Shown one piece after another: positions 8,783-16,919 of a DNA stretch of 23,038 nucleotides. A program made the translations under genes and the position numbers. The DNA lies in assembly GCA_038203565.1 (NCBI GenBank), contig JBBRDV010000017.1, positions 1-23,038 on the forward strand, read 5' to 3'. Source of the stretch: Atribacterota bacterium. Its GTDB lineage: Bacteria > Atribacterota > Phoenicimicrobiia > Phoenicimicrobiales > Phoenicimicrobiaceae. Every line of letters starts with the position of its first letter. Position 1 is the stretch's first letter. The notes beneath the pieces are model-generated. The model was given only the letters and a program-made list of their open reading frames with translations. It had not been told where the DNA came from and did no database searches.

Positions 8783-9439
8783 GTGAGAAAAATATCTATT
8801 AGAAATTTATTTAAAAAATCGGAATCAGCTACAGGGAAAAATAAAAATAAAATATTAATTTCTCTATTGATTATATTGCTGATAGCCGGGATAGTTTATT
8901 TGGGATATCCACTTGTATTCCCCGATAGTTCGGTAAAATTACCGGCTACACCTGTAAAAAAAGCAATAACGATGAGTTCAACTGTAGCAGCTACAAATAT
9001 GGAAACTAAACCCGAAGTTAAAGAGAAGACTGAATTTGAAATTGAGATGGAAAAGAGAAAGCAGAGTTATGAAGAAAAAATATTTGTCTATGAACCATAT
9101 ATGCCGCCAAGCAATCGAGATCCTTTTCAGAAGGAGAGTACTTCTTACTTTTTAGAAGAAACAGCAGGGAAGGAAGAAGAAGGGAAAGAGGGGAGTGCTC
9201 TAAGGTTCCCCAAACCAGAACTGCCACCGGGGACAAAACTAACCGGAATCATTAATTCCAAAGATAAGCAAGTTGCAATTATCGTAATGAATGGAGAAAC
9301 TTTTATTGCTAATTTGTATGATATTTTATTAGATAGATATATTGTAAAAGAAATCAAAAAGGATGAGGTAATTATCGACTATAGCGGATACTTTTTTTCA
9401 GTAAAAATAGGAGGTGAAGATTTATCAGATGAATTATAA
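8783..9439 (+). CDS. PilP-like pilus assembly protein (TM-anchored)
   Basis: Y.....RDPF motif, KLTGII...AII beta domain; between pilO and the secretin; no obvious lipobox. Confidence 0.78.
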   Translation: MRKISIRNLFKKSESATGKNKNKILISLLIILLIAGIVYLGYPLVFPDSSVKLPATPVKKAITMSSTVAATNMETKPEVKEKTEFEIEMEKRKQSYEEKIFVYEPYMPPSNRDPFQKESTSYFLEETAGKEEEGKEGSALRFPKPELPPGTKLTGIINSKDKQVAIIVMNGETFIANLYDILLDRYIVKEIKKDEVIIDYSGYFFSVKIGGEDLSDEL

Positions 9440-11261
9440 AAGTGGAAAAATAACTTTATTACTTTTTATTATGATATTATTTTTAATAACTTCATTTGTG
9501 GTAAGTGCTATTTCTCAGAATATTTGGTTTACTAATATCTGGTATAAAAAATTACCCAATTATACCCATCTTACTATTAAAGCAAGTGGAGCTATTTCAG
9601 AATATGAGGTTTCTTATTTAGAGGCACCAGAGAGAATAGTCATTGATGTTAAGAATGCCGCCTATAGTATTGATGTTCTAAGCAAAAATATCTTATTTTT
9701 AAATATGGGTTCGGTGAAACAGGTAAGGTGCGGGCAATTTGAAAGTGAACCCATTCCCATTACCCGATTTATAGTTGACTTATTTCAGAAATCCGATTAT
9801 GAAGTAAAATTATCATCCGATAGCAGATTGCTTTATATCGATGTTTTTGATTACACTGAATTTAAGGCTCCCGAGGAACAGATCTTTACGGTAACTCCGG
9901 TAAAGAGTGAAGCAGTAAAGATTGAAAAAGCAGAAGCACCGAAGATTTCTATTTTAGATACCTATCGAGAGCCCATTAATTTAAATATCTTTCAAGAAGA
10001 TGTAGTTAATGTCATTAGAGGATTGTCTGAACTAACCGGAATAGATATCATGATTGATGATACAGTAACCGGACAATTAACTCTGAATATTAAGAATAAA
10101 ACTTTTAGAGAAGCCATTGAACTAATTTTGATGAATAAAGGATTAAGCTATACCGAAGTAAGTGATACGCTAATTATTGCTGGGAAAGAGGTAATAGAGG
10201 GATATAAGAAACCTATTACCAGAGTATATGAGTTGAAAAATGCCAGTGCTGAAGCGGCAAAAGGCGTATTGGATAGTTACAAAACTGAAGGGTCAAAAGT
10301 TAATATTGTTGCCGACGCGAGAATGAATACTTTAATCGTTACCGGGACAAACGAGGAGATTGAAAAGGTAGAAGGGATTATCAGCACCATAGATGATGAG
10401 TTGCTAACCCGAACTTTTAAAATAGATAATGCAATTTACAAAGATGATAAAATAGATGAAATTGAATCGATAAGAAAAATGTTAAGTATCATCATTTCGG
10501 AAGAAGAGAGAATAAATGTAGATAGCAGACAGAATGAAATTATGGTAAAAGGAACAAAAGAAGAATTAGATAATGTAGAAACAATGATTAAAGGTTTGGA
10601 TAAACGTGCACCCCAGATAATGATAGAAGCGAAAATAATAGAAATCATTCTAGACGATGAAAAAAATTTAGGAATTAAATGGACGAGCGGAGGGAACGAA
10701 GGCCAAATTAGTATTGGCGAAATAACCCTGGGAGGTTCTTTTGAAAGGTTTGGATTGATTGAAGCTACTCTAAAAGCCTTGCAAAGTGATGGAAAAACTA
10801 ATATTTTATCTAATCCTAAAGTGCTAACTTTGGACGGCAAGGAAGGTTATATGAAGTCTACCACTGATATTCCCATTTTAGAAGAAAGGGAAAGTGATGG
10901 GGTGGTTGTACAAACTGTAACTTGGAAACCAGTAGGAATTGAATTAAAAATCACTCCAAGATTAAGCGCGGATAAGTTTATTACAATGAACGTAGCTACA
11001 TCGGTTAAATCTCTTGGTACGGAATTCATTCAGGGTTATCCCGTAATTAATGATCGTTCCGAAACAGCAATAATTAGAACCAAATTAGGTGTAACTACAG
11101 TAATAGGTGGATTAATAAGTTCGGAGGATATAAAAACTATTACTAAAATACCAATATTGGGAAGCATTCCTATTTTTGGTGAATTATTTAAATTTACTCG
11201 AACTACAAATAAAAAGTCCGAAATAATTATTCTTATTACTGCTCACTTGTTGGATTATTAA
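9429..11261 (+). CDS. pilQ: Type IV pilus secretin (AMIN, STN, N3 repeats, secretin domain)
   Basis: PERIVID (AMIN), LDKRAPQIMIEAKI, ILSNPKVLTLDG, GIELKITP, KIPILGSIPIFGELF; ATG 9429 preferred to GTG 9414 because GGAGG overlaps that GTG. Confidence 0.92.
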   Translation: MNYKSGKITLLLFIMILFLITSFVVSAISQNIWFTNIWYKKLPNYTHLTIKASGAISEYEVSYLEAPERIVIDVKNAAYSIDVLSKNILFLNMGSVKQVRCGQFESEPIPITRFIVDLFQKSDYEVKLSSDSRLLYIDVFDYTEFKAPEEQIFTVTPVKSEAVKIEKAEAPKISILDTYREPINLNIFQEDVVNVIRGLSELTGIDIMIDDTVTGQLTLNIKNKTFREAIELILMNKGLSYTEVSDTLIIAGKEVIEGYKKPITRVYELKNASAEAAKGVLDSYKTEGSKVNIVADARMNTLIVTGTNEEIEKVEGIISTIDDELLTRTFKIDNAIYKDDKIDEIESIRKMLSIIISEEERINVDSRQNEIMVKGTKEELDNVETMIKGLDKRAPQIMIEAKIIEIILDDEKNLGIKWTSGGNEGQISIGEITLGGSFERFGLIEATLKALQSDGKTNILSNPKVLTLDGKEGYMKSTTDIPILEERESDGVVVQTVTWKPVGIELKITPRLSADKFITMNVATSVKSLGTEFIQGYPVINDRSETAIIRTKLGVTTVIGGLISSEDIKTITKIPILGSIPIFGELFKFTRTTNKKSEIIILITAHLLDY

Positions 11262-11264
11262 TTT

Positions 11265-11298
<34 letters not shown>

Positions 11299-11360
11299 GG
11301 GAATTCAACGACTATCGACTATTTAATCGGTAGATTAAATAAAAAAGGGAGGACAAGACT

Positions 11361-12158
11361 TTGCAAGATAAACATAAAAAGAATTTATATAAAATATTAT
11401 TTATCACCATATTGTTAGGTTCCATAATATCATTAGCGGGGTGTAATTGGCTTTCCTTGGGACTTCTTAATGTCTTTGACCCTGAGGCACAGATAAAAGT
11501 AACTGCCGCTATTGATTTAACTGAAGATACTATTGAACTCGAAATATATTCTATAAACCAGGTAGAATTTATCGGTACAGGTTTTGAATATGAATATTAT
11601 GTGGGTACAACTAAAATAACTTCATTAACCAAAACGGTTGGTCAGGCTTTTTATGTGGAAGCATCTTCTGGACCAGGAATCATTGGAGAGATTACCACTG
11701 TTAGCGATTTGCCTCTTTATTACCAAGAAGCTCAGGATTATATGACTTCAAATCCCCTGGTTACCGAACTTACTTGCACTATTACTTTAATAGGAACTGA
11801 CGGAGCAGGTCACAATATTACTAAATCAGTTACTTTTAATTTACCAATTGATTACTTTCCTGATATCAGAATTATTGTATCTGCTGTTCCAGCATCATTT
11901 GACAGTACTGGTGGTATTTCAACAATAACTGCTTATGTAGTTGACCCTGTTGGTCAACCTGTTGGAGGTTTAAGAGTCATATTTACTACAAACGGAGGAA
12001 TACTATCATCAACTATTCGCACTACTGACGCTAATGGTATGGCTACAGTCACACTAACTGTACTTAAAAATACTAGTGATGAAGATATTAAATACGAGGT
12101 GACTGCATATGTTGGTAGCAAAGAAGGTAAAACAAGTATTACAATACATAAACCTTAA
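11361..12158 (+). CDS. Lipoprotein with a C-terminal Big-1 Ig-like domain
   Basis: Lipobox LAG/C; GGGAGG RBS before TTG; C-terminal VSAVPAS..STITA..VIFTTNGG..TTDANGMATVTL. Confidence 0.8.
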   Translation: MQDKHKKNLYKILFITILLGSIISLAGCNWLSLGLLNVFDPEAQIKVTAAIDLTEDTIELEIYSINQVEFIGTGFEYEYYVGTTKITSLTKTVGQAFYVEASSGPGIIGEITTVSDLPLYYQEAQDYMTSNPLVTELTCTITLIGTDGAGHNITKSVTFNLPIDYFPDIRIIVSAVPASFDSTGGISTITAYVVDPVGQPVGGLRVIFTTNGGILSSTIRTTDANGMATVTLTVLKNTSDEDIKYEVTAYVGSKEGKTSITIHKP

Positions 12159-12183
12159 ATTTGATAATTGAAGATTAAATATA

Positions 12184-12228
12184 TTAATAAAGAAAAGGGC
12201 TGAAAAAATCAGCCCTTTTCTTTATTAA
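12184..12228. terminator. Intrinsic terminator, likely bidirectional
   Basis: Perfect 20-bp inverted repeat ttaataaagaaaagggctga / tcagcccttttctttattaa, 5-nt loop. Confidence 0.88.
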
Positions 12229-12229
12229 C

Positions 12230-12334
12230 TTAAGTATCTTTGGTACATATATTGTACAACTAACCGTAACTGATTCTGCTGCAAAAGAATATATTGCATT
12301 TGTAACTGTTATAGCCAATGAGCCAGCACCATAA
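12230..12334 (+). pseudogene. Orphan C-terminal fragment of a PKD-domain protein
   Basis: Translates LSIFGTYIVQLTVTDSAAKEYIAFVTVIANEPAP*; G-T-Y-x-V-x-L-T-V-T-D is the PKD signature; no start or RBS. Confidence 0.72.
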
Positions 12335-12356
12335 TTAATTAAAGTAAATATTATTC

Positions 12357-12402
12357 TAAAAAATAGGCGAGTTATGATAAAAAATAACTCGCCTATTTTT
12401 TA
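12357..12402. terminator. Second intrinsic terminator
   Basis: Perfect 19-bp inverted repeat taaaaaataggcgagttat / ataactcgcctatttttta, 8-nt loop. Confidence 0.85.
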
Positions 12403-12410
12403 TGCTATTT

Positions 12411-12512
12411 GACAGGTGAGACGTCTGTCCTACGGATTTTATGGTGATTTTTGGTAGGGGGCGGATTCATCCGCCCCGAATTCTTGGCGGGTTTGATAAA
12501 TCAAACCCCTAC
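12411..12512. repeat. Cluster of GTAG-type REP palindromes
   Basis: gacaggtgagacgtctgtc-ctac (12411-12433); gtag-ggggcggattcatccgcccc (12454-12477); gggtttgataaatcaaaccc-ctac (12489-12512); the last two are an inverted pair. Confidence 0.82.
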
Positions 12513-12527
12513 AGTGAATAGTAGACA
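12509..12527 (+). repeat. 19-bp direct repeat, left copy
   Basis: ctacagtgaatagtagaca; 18/19 identical to 13879-13897. Confidence 0.85.
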
Positions 12528-12697
12528 CTTAATGTCACAGGGATGGTTCTGTTGGCACAGAATTAACAATAACAAAAAAACCAAAAACTATACAAACAGT
12601 TATCCCTAATTATGAGAGTGATTGCATTATATTATAATAACCTATACAATATAGACAGGCAGAAAGTAGAAGACTTCATGTCAAAAATATAAAAAAA

Positions 12698-13870
12698 TTG
12701 GAGGGATATTCTGTGAAAGAAGTGACTAAAAAAGTGATTGAAAATCTGATCGAGGAGAAAGATGACCTTTGTATTTCAATTTATATGCCTACCAGAGCTG
12801 CAGCAAGTATTGAAGTGAAAAAAATGCCCATTCAATTGAAAAATTTGCTTAATCATGTGAAAAAAGAATTACAGGAAAAACAAAATATGGGTACCCGCGA
12901 CATAGATGAGTTATTAAAACCTGCTACAAATTTGATTGGTGATAGAGTATTCTGGCAAAACCAAAAAGAAGGACTGGCAATTTTTATTAACCTAAAACAA
13001 TTCTACTATTTTCACCTGAGCAGTGAACTACCGGAAAAAGCTACGGTAAGCCAGCATTTTAACATTATCCCTTTAATACCTGAGGTTATGTTTAACGATA
13101 TCTATTATGTACTTGCCTTAAGCAGAAATCAAAACAGGATATTTCGTTGCACCAAAGGAAGTGTAGAAAAAAAGGATATTGAAGGTGTTCCGGAAAGTCT
13201 AAAAGAAATTTCAAAATATGATGAAAGCGAAAGAACCCTTCAGTCCCACTCTCACGTCTCTGGAGGAAGCAAGGCAATTTTCCATGGAGTAGTAGAGATT
13301 GATGCTGGCAAGAGGGAAGAACTGTTGCAGTATTTCCGACAGATTGATCAGGGCTTAACCAAATATTTAAATCAGAAAAGTCGAAAACATAAATTTCCTT
13401 TGATTGTTATGTGTGTTAAAGATCTTTTTCCGCTTTATCGTGAAGTAAATTCCTATGCTTATTTGCTGGAAAAAAGTATTGAGGGAAATCCCGACGAGAG
13501 CACTCCTGATTCAATCAACAGGAGTACCTGGAATATTGTCTCGGATTATTTCCGGGATCAACTGAAGGATATTACCAGAATATATCATGATTTAAAGGGA
13601 ACCGGTAAAACATCTACCCAATTAGAGGATATTGTTTCCGCTTCTTATTTTAGCCGGGTGGAACATTTACTAATCAAGAAGAATGTTTCTCAGTGGGGAA
13701 ATTTTGATGCCGAAGAGAACAAGGTTCAGCTGATAGAAGAAGAAAACGGCCAATATGACCTTTATAATTTTGCTGCCACCAATACTATTTCCCATGGTGG
13801 ACAGGTGTATGTATTGGAAGAAGATCAGATGCCTGACGGTGAAGATATCATCGCCATGTATCGATTCTAA
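12698..13870 (+). CDS. Bacterial archaeo-eukaryotic release factor-like protein (baeRF family 3/7-like)
   Basis: CISIYMPT, IQLKNLL, FWQ...GLAIF, YYVLALS, LLQYFRQID, RVEHL, GGQVYVL..MP motifs; start may be GTG 12713 after GGAGGG. Confidence 0.8.
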   Translation: MEGYSVKEVTKKVIENLIEEKDDLCISIYMPTRAAASIEVKKMPIQLKNLLNHVKKELQEKQNMGTRDIDELLKPATNLIGDRVFWQNQKEGLAIFINLKQFYYFHLSSELPEKATVSQHFNIIPLIPEVMFNDIYYVLALSRNQNRIFRCTKGSVEKKDIEGVPESLKEISKYDESERTLQSHSHVSGGSKAIFHGVVEIDAGKREELLQYFRQIDQGLTKYLNQKSRKHKFPLIVMCVKDLFPLYREVNSYAYLLEKSIEGNPDESTPDSINRSTWNIVSDYFRDQLKDITRIYHDLKGTGKTSTQLEDIVSASYFSRVEHLLIKKNVSQWGNFDAEENKVQLIEEENGQYDLYNFAATNTISHGGQVYVLEEDQMPDGEDIIAMYRF

Positions 13871-13878
13871 GAATAGTG

Positions 13879-13897
13879 CTACAGTAAATAGTAGACA
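13879..13897 (+). repeat. 19-bp direct repeat, right copy
   Basis: ctacagtaaatagtagaca. Confidence 0.85.
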
Positions 13898-13938
13898 GGC
13901 GGGCTTGCCCTCGTGAAAACGGGGGACGCCAGTCTAAC
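13894..13938. repeat. REP palindrome interrupted by a nested GAAA-loop hairpin
   Basis: gacaggcggg[cttgccctcgtgaaaacggggg]acgccagtctaac; without the insert it is 17/23 identical to 12411-12433. Confidence 0.7.
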
Positions 13939-13970
13939 TTTCCCCCTCAAAGTTACTTAGAATAACATTT

Positions 13971-14014
13971 TATGTAAATTACATATTGATATATTTTGTA
14001 ATTTGTGTTATATT
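13971..14014 (+). promoter_or_regulatory. Sigma70-type promoter with an adjacent palindromic operator candidate
   Basis: TTGATA (13986)-17 bp-TATATT (14009) with extended TG; palindrome TATGTAA-A-TTACATA at 13971-13985. Confidence 0.65.
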
Positions 14015-14061
14015 TTGAAGAGAACAGTAAGGAGTGAATTAGAAAAAGAGGTGGACAGAAA

Positions 14062-14343
14062 ATGTTAGAAGCAATTGGCAGGATAGCAAGAAATGGCCAT
14101 CTTACTATCCCCAGTAAAATTAGGAAAATTTTAAATATTAAAGATGGTGATATTGTAAGATTTACTGTAGAGGAAAATAAGATAGTTATTTCCCCAGGGG
14201 CTATTGTGGATAAGGACCAGGCATATTTCTTTAGTGAGAGATGCCAGAAGGAGATGAGAGAATCAGAGAAAGAGTTTAAAGAGGGAAAGTATTCTTCCTA
14301 TACATCTGTTAAAGATTTAAAAAAAGCAGTAGATAGTGATTAA
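14062..14343 (+). CDS. AbrB/MazE/SpoVT-family antitoxin
   Basis: RIARNGHLTIPSKIRKILNIKDGDIVRF; DQAYF motif; overlaps the downstream toxin. Confidence 0.88.
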   Translation: MLEAIGRIARNGHLTIPSKIRKILNIKDGDIVRFTVEENKIVISPGAIVDKDQAYFFSERCQKEMRESEKEFKEGKYSSYTSVKDLKKAVDSD

Positions 14344-14602
14344 GATAATACATATTCCAGATCATCTAATAAAGAAACTTAAAAACAAGAAAAAGTTATC
14401 AGAACCCATAAAAGATAAATTCTATTGGTGTTTAGACATGCTTATAAAGAATCCGCAGCATCCTTCTTTGAGAAATAAAACAATAAAAGGCACTGCTAAT
14501 ACATGGGAATTTAGTATCAATAAAAATTATAGATGTATCTATAGAAAAGAAAAAGAGGAGGCATATATTCTGACTATAGTAAAACATGAAGATGCCTTTT
14601 AA
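14336..14602 (+). CDS. RelE/ParE-superfamily toxin
   Basis: NPQHPSLR.K.IKG...WEFSINKNYRCIY...IVKHE; basic, 88 aa. Confidence 0.8.
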   Translation: MIKIIHIPDHLIKKLKNKKKLSEPIKDKFYWCLDMLIKNPQHPSLRNKTIKGTANTWEFSINKNYRCIYRKEKEEAYILTIVKHEDAF

Positions 14603-14616
14603 GAAAAAACGAGGTA

Positions 14617-14681
14617 AAAAATAGGCGGACAAGCTACTTTTTACATAAAATAAATGTGAAAGCAACCTGTCCCCTTTTATT
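14617..14681. repeat. GGAC.GCTAC..GT.GCC.GTCCCC palindromic element, degenerate copy
   Basis: ggacaagctactttttacat...atgtgaaagcaacctgtcccctttt; same family as 16812-16873. Confidence 0.72.
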
Positions 14682-14706
14682 GTTGTTTCTTTGTTTATTT
14701 TATTTT

Positions 14707-14779
14707 CCCTCACCTTTACCCTGTGCAGTAATTTCCTCTACTACACAGGGCAGGCCCTCTCCCTCCGAGGGGAGCGGAA
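14707..14779. repeat. CCCTCACC...CCCTCTCCC...GGGAG palindromic repeat with a nested 36-nt hairpin
   Basis: ccctcaccttta[14719-14754]ccctctccctccgaggggagcggaa. Confidence 0.72.
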
Positions 14780-14876
14780 AAATATGGAAATTTTCTTTGG
14801 TAAGGCGCTGCTAATTCATTACGGTAAAGTTGTGAGATTACGAATGGAGAAGAAGAAATGTAATATATCATCTGAT

Positions 14877-14923
14877 TTGCAATATATTATCTTATATATT
14901 ATAATGGAAATGCAATATATTAT
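14877..14923 (+). promoter_or_regulatory. Sigma70 promoter with two 13-bp direct repeats
   Basis: TTGCAA (14877)-17 bp-TATAAT (14900); TGCAATATATTAT at 14878-14890 and 14911-14923. Confidence 0.75.
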
Positions 14924-14938
14924 ATTAGGTGAACCAAA

Positions 14939-16270
14939 ATGGATAAAAACAAATTAAAAGAATTATTAATTGAGTATAAAAAAAGTTTTCTTACCAATAG
15001 AACTGATTTAATTAGAAGAGAAGTTCAAGATAACATAGAAACATTTATTAAATTTAAAGAAGTGGTGATGATTACCGGCCCAAGAAGAGGTGGTAAATCT
15101 TCTTTAATGAAATTGATTTGTGATGACCTTACAAAGAAATATCAAGTTCATCCTTCTAACATTCTTTACCTAAATTTTGAAGATGAAAGATTTATTGAAT
15201 TTAATACTGGTGATTTTGCTCAAATTTACGAACTTTTTCTTCAAATAAACAAACCTACTGGCAGGCAATATTTCTTTTTAGATGAAATTCAAAATGTAGC
15301 CGGCTGGGAAAGATGGGTAAATAGGTTATATGAAAATGAAAACATTAAGATATTTATCACCGGTTCTAATGTCAGTTTATTAAGGTCTGAAATATCTACA
15401 GCTTTAACCGGAAGGAATAGAGTAATAACTAATTTCCCTTTTTCATTCAGGGAATTTATGGTCTTTAAAAATTATCGATTAGAGGAAAATGATTTTTATC
15501 AAACCGAGAAAAGAGCAATAATAAAAAGTTTCTTTCAAGAATATCTAAAATTAGGTGGTTATCCCGAGATAGTAAAAATTAACGACCCAACTCTCTTGGA
15601 ACAATATTTTAAGGATATAATCTATCGAGATATCCTGCCCAGATATTCTATAAAAAAGATAAAAGAAATACGGGAATTATGTTTGTTCCTGGCTTCTAAT
15701 CTCGGATCAATCCATAGTTATAACAAATTGCTTTCTTTGATAGGAGTAAAGAGCATTAATACTGTAAAGAGTTATTTGGAAATCTTAGAAGAGGTGTTTT
15801 TATTTTTTCAAATCAACTTGTTTGACTATTCTATTAAGCGGCAAATTTACAATCCCTCTAAAATCTATATTATTGATATTGCCTTAGGAAATTCTATATC
15901 CTTCAAATTTTCAGAGAACATAGGACATATTTATGAAAATCTGGTATTTTTGGAATTAAAAAGAAGAAATAAAGAAATTTACTATTGGAAATCGAAAAAA
16001 GGAAAAGAAGTTGATTTTTTAATAAAGAGAGGATTAGATATAGAAGAAGCTATCCAGGTTTCGTATAATTTGAATGATAAAAAAACCTTAGATAGAGAGA
16101 TTGAAAGTTTATTGATGGCTAAAGATGAATTTAAAATAAAGTATTTAACTATTATTACTGAAGATGAAGATATGCAAAAAGAAATAGGAAATACAAAAAT
16201 AAAAATAATTCCATTGTGGAAATGGCTGTGTATACAACACAAAGAACCAGTTATCGACATTTTAAAATAG
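14939..16270 (+). CDS. AAA+ ATPase (AAA_14 plus DUF4143 type)
   Basis: Walker A GPRRGGKS, Walker B FFLDEIQ, ITGS, LTGR, GGYP, KIY..D, EVDF...IQV. Confidence 0.9.
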   Translation: MDKNKLKELLIEYKKSFLTNRTDLIRREVQDNIETFIKFKEVVMITGPRRGGKSSLMKLICDDLTKKYQVHPSNILYLNFEDERFIEFNTGDFAQIYELFLQINKPTGRQYFFLDEIQNVAGWERWVNRLYENENIKIFITGSNVSLLRSEISTALTGRNRVITNFPFSFREFMVFKNYRLEENDFYQTEKRAIIKSFFQEYLKLGGYPEIVKINDPTLLEQYFKDIIYRDILPRYSIKKIKEIRELCLFLASNLGSIHSYNKLLSLIGVKSINTVKSYLEILEEVFLFFQINLFDYSIKRQIYNPSKIYIIDIALGNSISFKFSENIGHIYENLVFLELKRRNKEIYYWKSKKGKEVDFLIKRGLDIEEAIQVSYNLNDKKTLDREIESLLMAKDEFKIKYLTIITEDEDMQKEIGNTKIKIIPLWKWLCIQHKEPVIDILK

Positions 16271-16306
16271 AACGCACAGTATTTTCTTTATTTATTTTCA
16301 TCCTTT

Positions 16307-16315
16307 TGTTATAAT
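16307..16315 (+). promoter_or_regulatory. Extended -10 promoter candidate for the second hicBA pair
   Basis: TGTTATAAT upstream of 16397. Confidence 0.5.
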
Positions 16316-16396
16316 ATTAATAATTCTTTGTTTATCATAAATTCCTTAAATTGTGAATTACTTAAAAAAATAAATAATTATTAAACTTATATAGAG

Positions 16397-16615
16397 GTGC
16401 ATATGAATAATTTATATACTGCTGTTACAAAAAAAGATGGAAATTGGTGGATTGGTTGGATAATAGAAATTCCCGGAGTTAATTGTCAAGAGCGAACCCA
16501 TGAGAAATTATTAGAAAGTTTAAAAACTACTTTAAAAGAGGCTTTAGAATTCAATAGACATGATGCTCTACTCACAGTAGGCAACGATTACAGAGAAGAA
16601 CAAATTGCTATATGA
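16397..16615 (+). CDS. hicB: HicB-family antitoxin (short form)
   Basis: YTAV.KKDGNWWIGWI.EIPGVNCQERT..LLESL; ATGA overlap with hicA; start may be ATG 16403. Confidence 0.85.
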   Translation: MHMNNLYTAVTKKDGNWWIGWIIEIPGVNCQERTHEKLLESLKTTLKEALEFNRHDALLTVGNDYREEQIAI

Positions 16616-16800
16616 AAAGAAAAGAATTACTGAAATATCTTCGCGATAATGGTTGCGAATTTTTAAGAGAAGGTAAAAATCATTCTTGGTGGCATAATCC
16701 TACATTGAATAAGAGATCAGCAATTCCAAGACATAATGAGATTAGAGATATTTTAGCAATAAAGATTTGTAAAGACCTTGGCATACCCAGGATAAAATAA
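16612..16800 (+). CDS. hicA: HicA-family toxin
   Basis: MKRKELLKYL...GC.FLREG.NHS.W.NP....SAIPRH.EI....KICK.LG. Confidence 0.9.
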   Translation: MKRKELLKYLRDNGCEFLREGKNHSWWHNPTLNKRSAIPRHNEIRDILAIKICKDLGIPRIK

Positions 16801-16811
16801 TAAATGGTAGA

Positions 16812-16873
16812 AAAAAAGTGGACGGGCTAGTTTTTGCATTTATTCTTTGCAAAAAGTAGCCCGTCCCCTTTTT
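16812..16873. repeat. Palindromic element, same family as 14617-14681
   Basis: aaaagtggacgggctagtttttgca-tttattctt-tgcaaaaagtagcccgtccccttttt; long imperfect stem. Confidence 0.8.
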
Positions 16874-16903
16874 ATATTGATTCTTTATTTCTCTTCTTGT
16901 CTT

Positions 16904-16912
16904 TGTTATAAT
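16904..16912 (+). promoter_or_regulatory. Extended -10 promoter candidate for the cyclase gene
   Basis: TGTTATAAT ending 7 nt before ATG 16920. Confidence 0.55.
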
Positions 16913-16919
16913 ATTTAAA

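Noticed and set aside
13793..13806. GGQ in the baeRF protein as a catalytic release motif
   Set aside because: It lies in the C-terminal domain, not the middle-domain loop where release factors carry GGQ.
14691..14957. 88-aa plus-strand ORF and the overlapping minus ORF 14432-14713
   Set aside because: They read through palindromic repeats, a promoter and the toxin gene; no recognisable family.
12411..16873. Integron attC array
   Set aside because: GTCTAAC at 13932 fits RYYYAAC but has no matching GTTRRRY arm; the palindromes lack consistent R boxes and there is no integrase.
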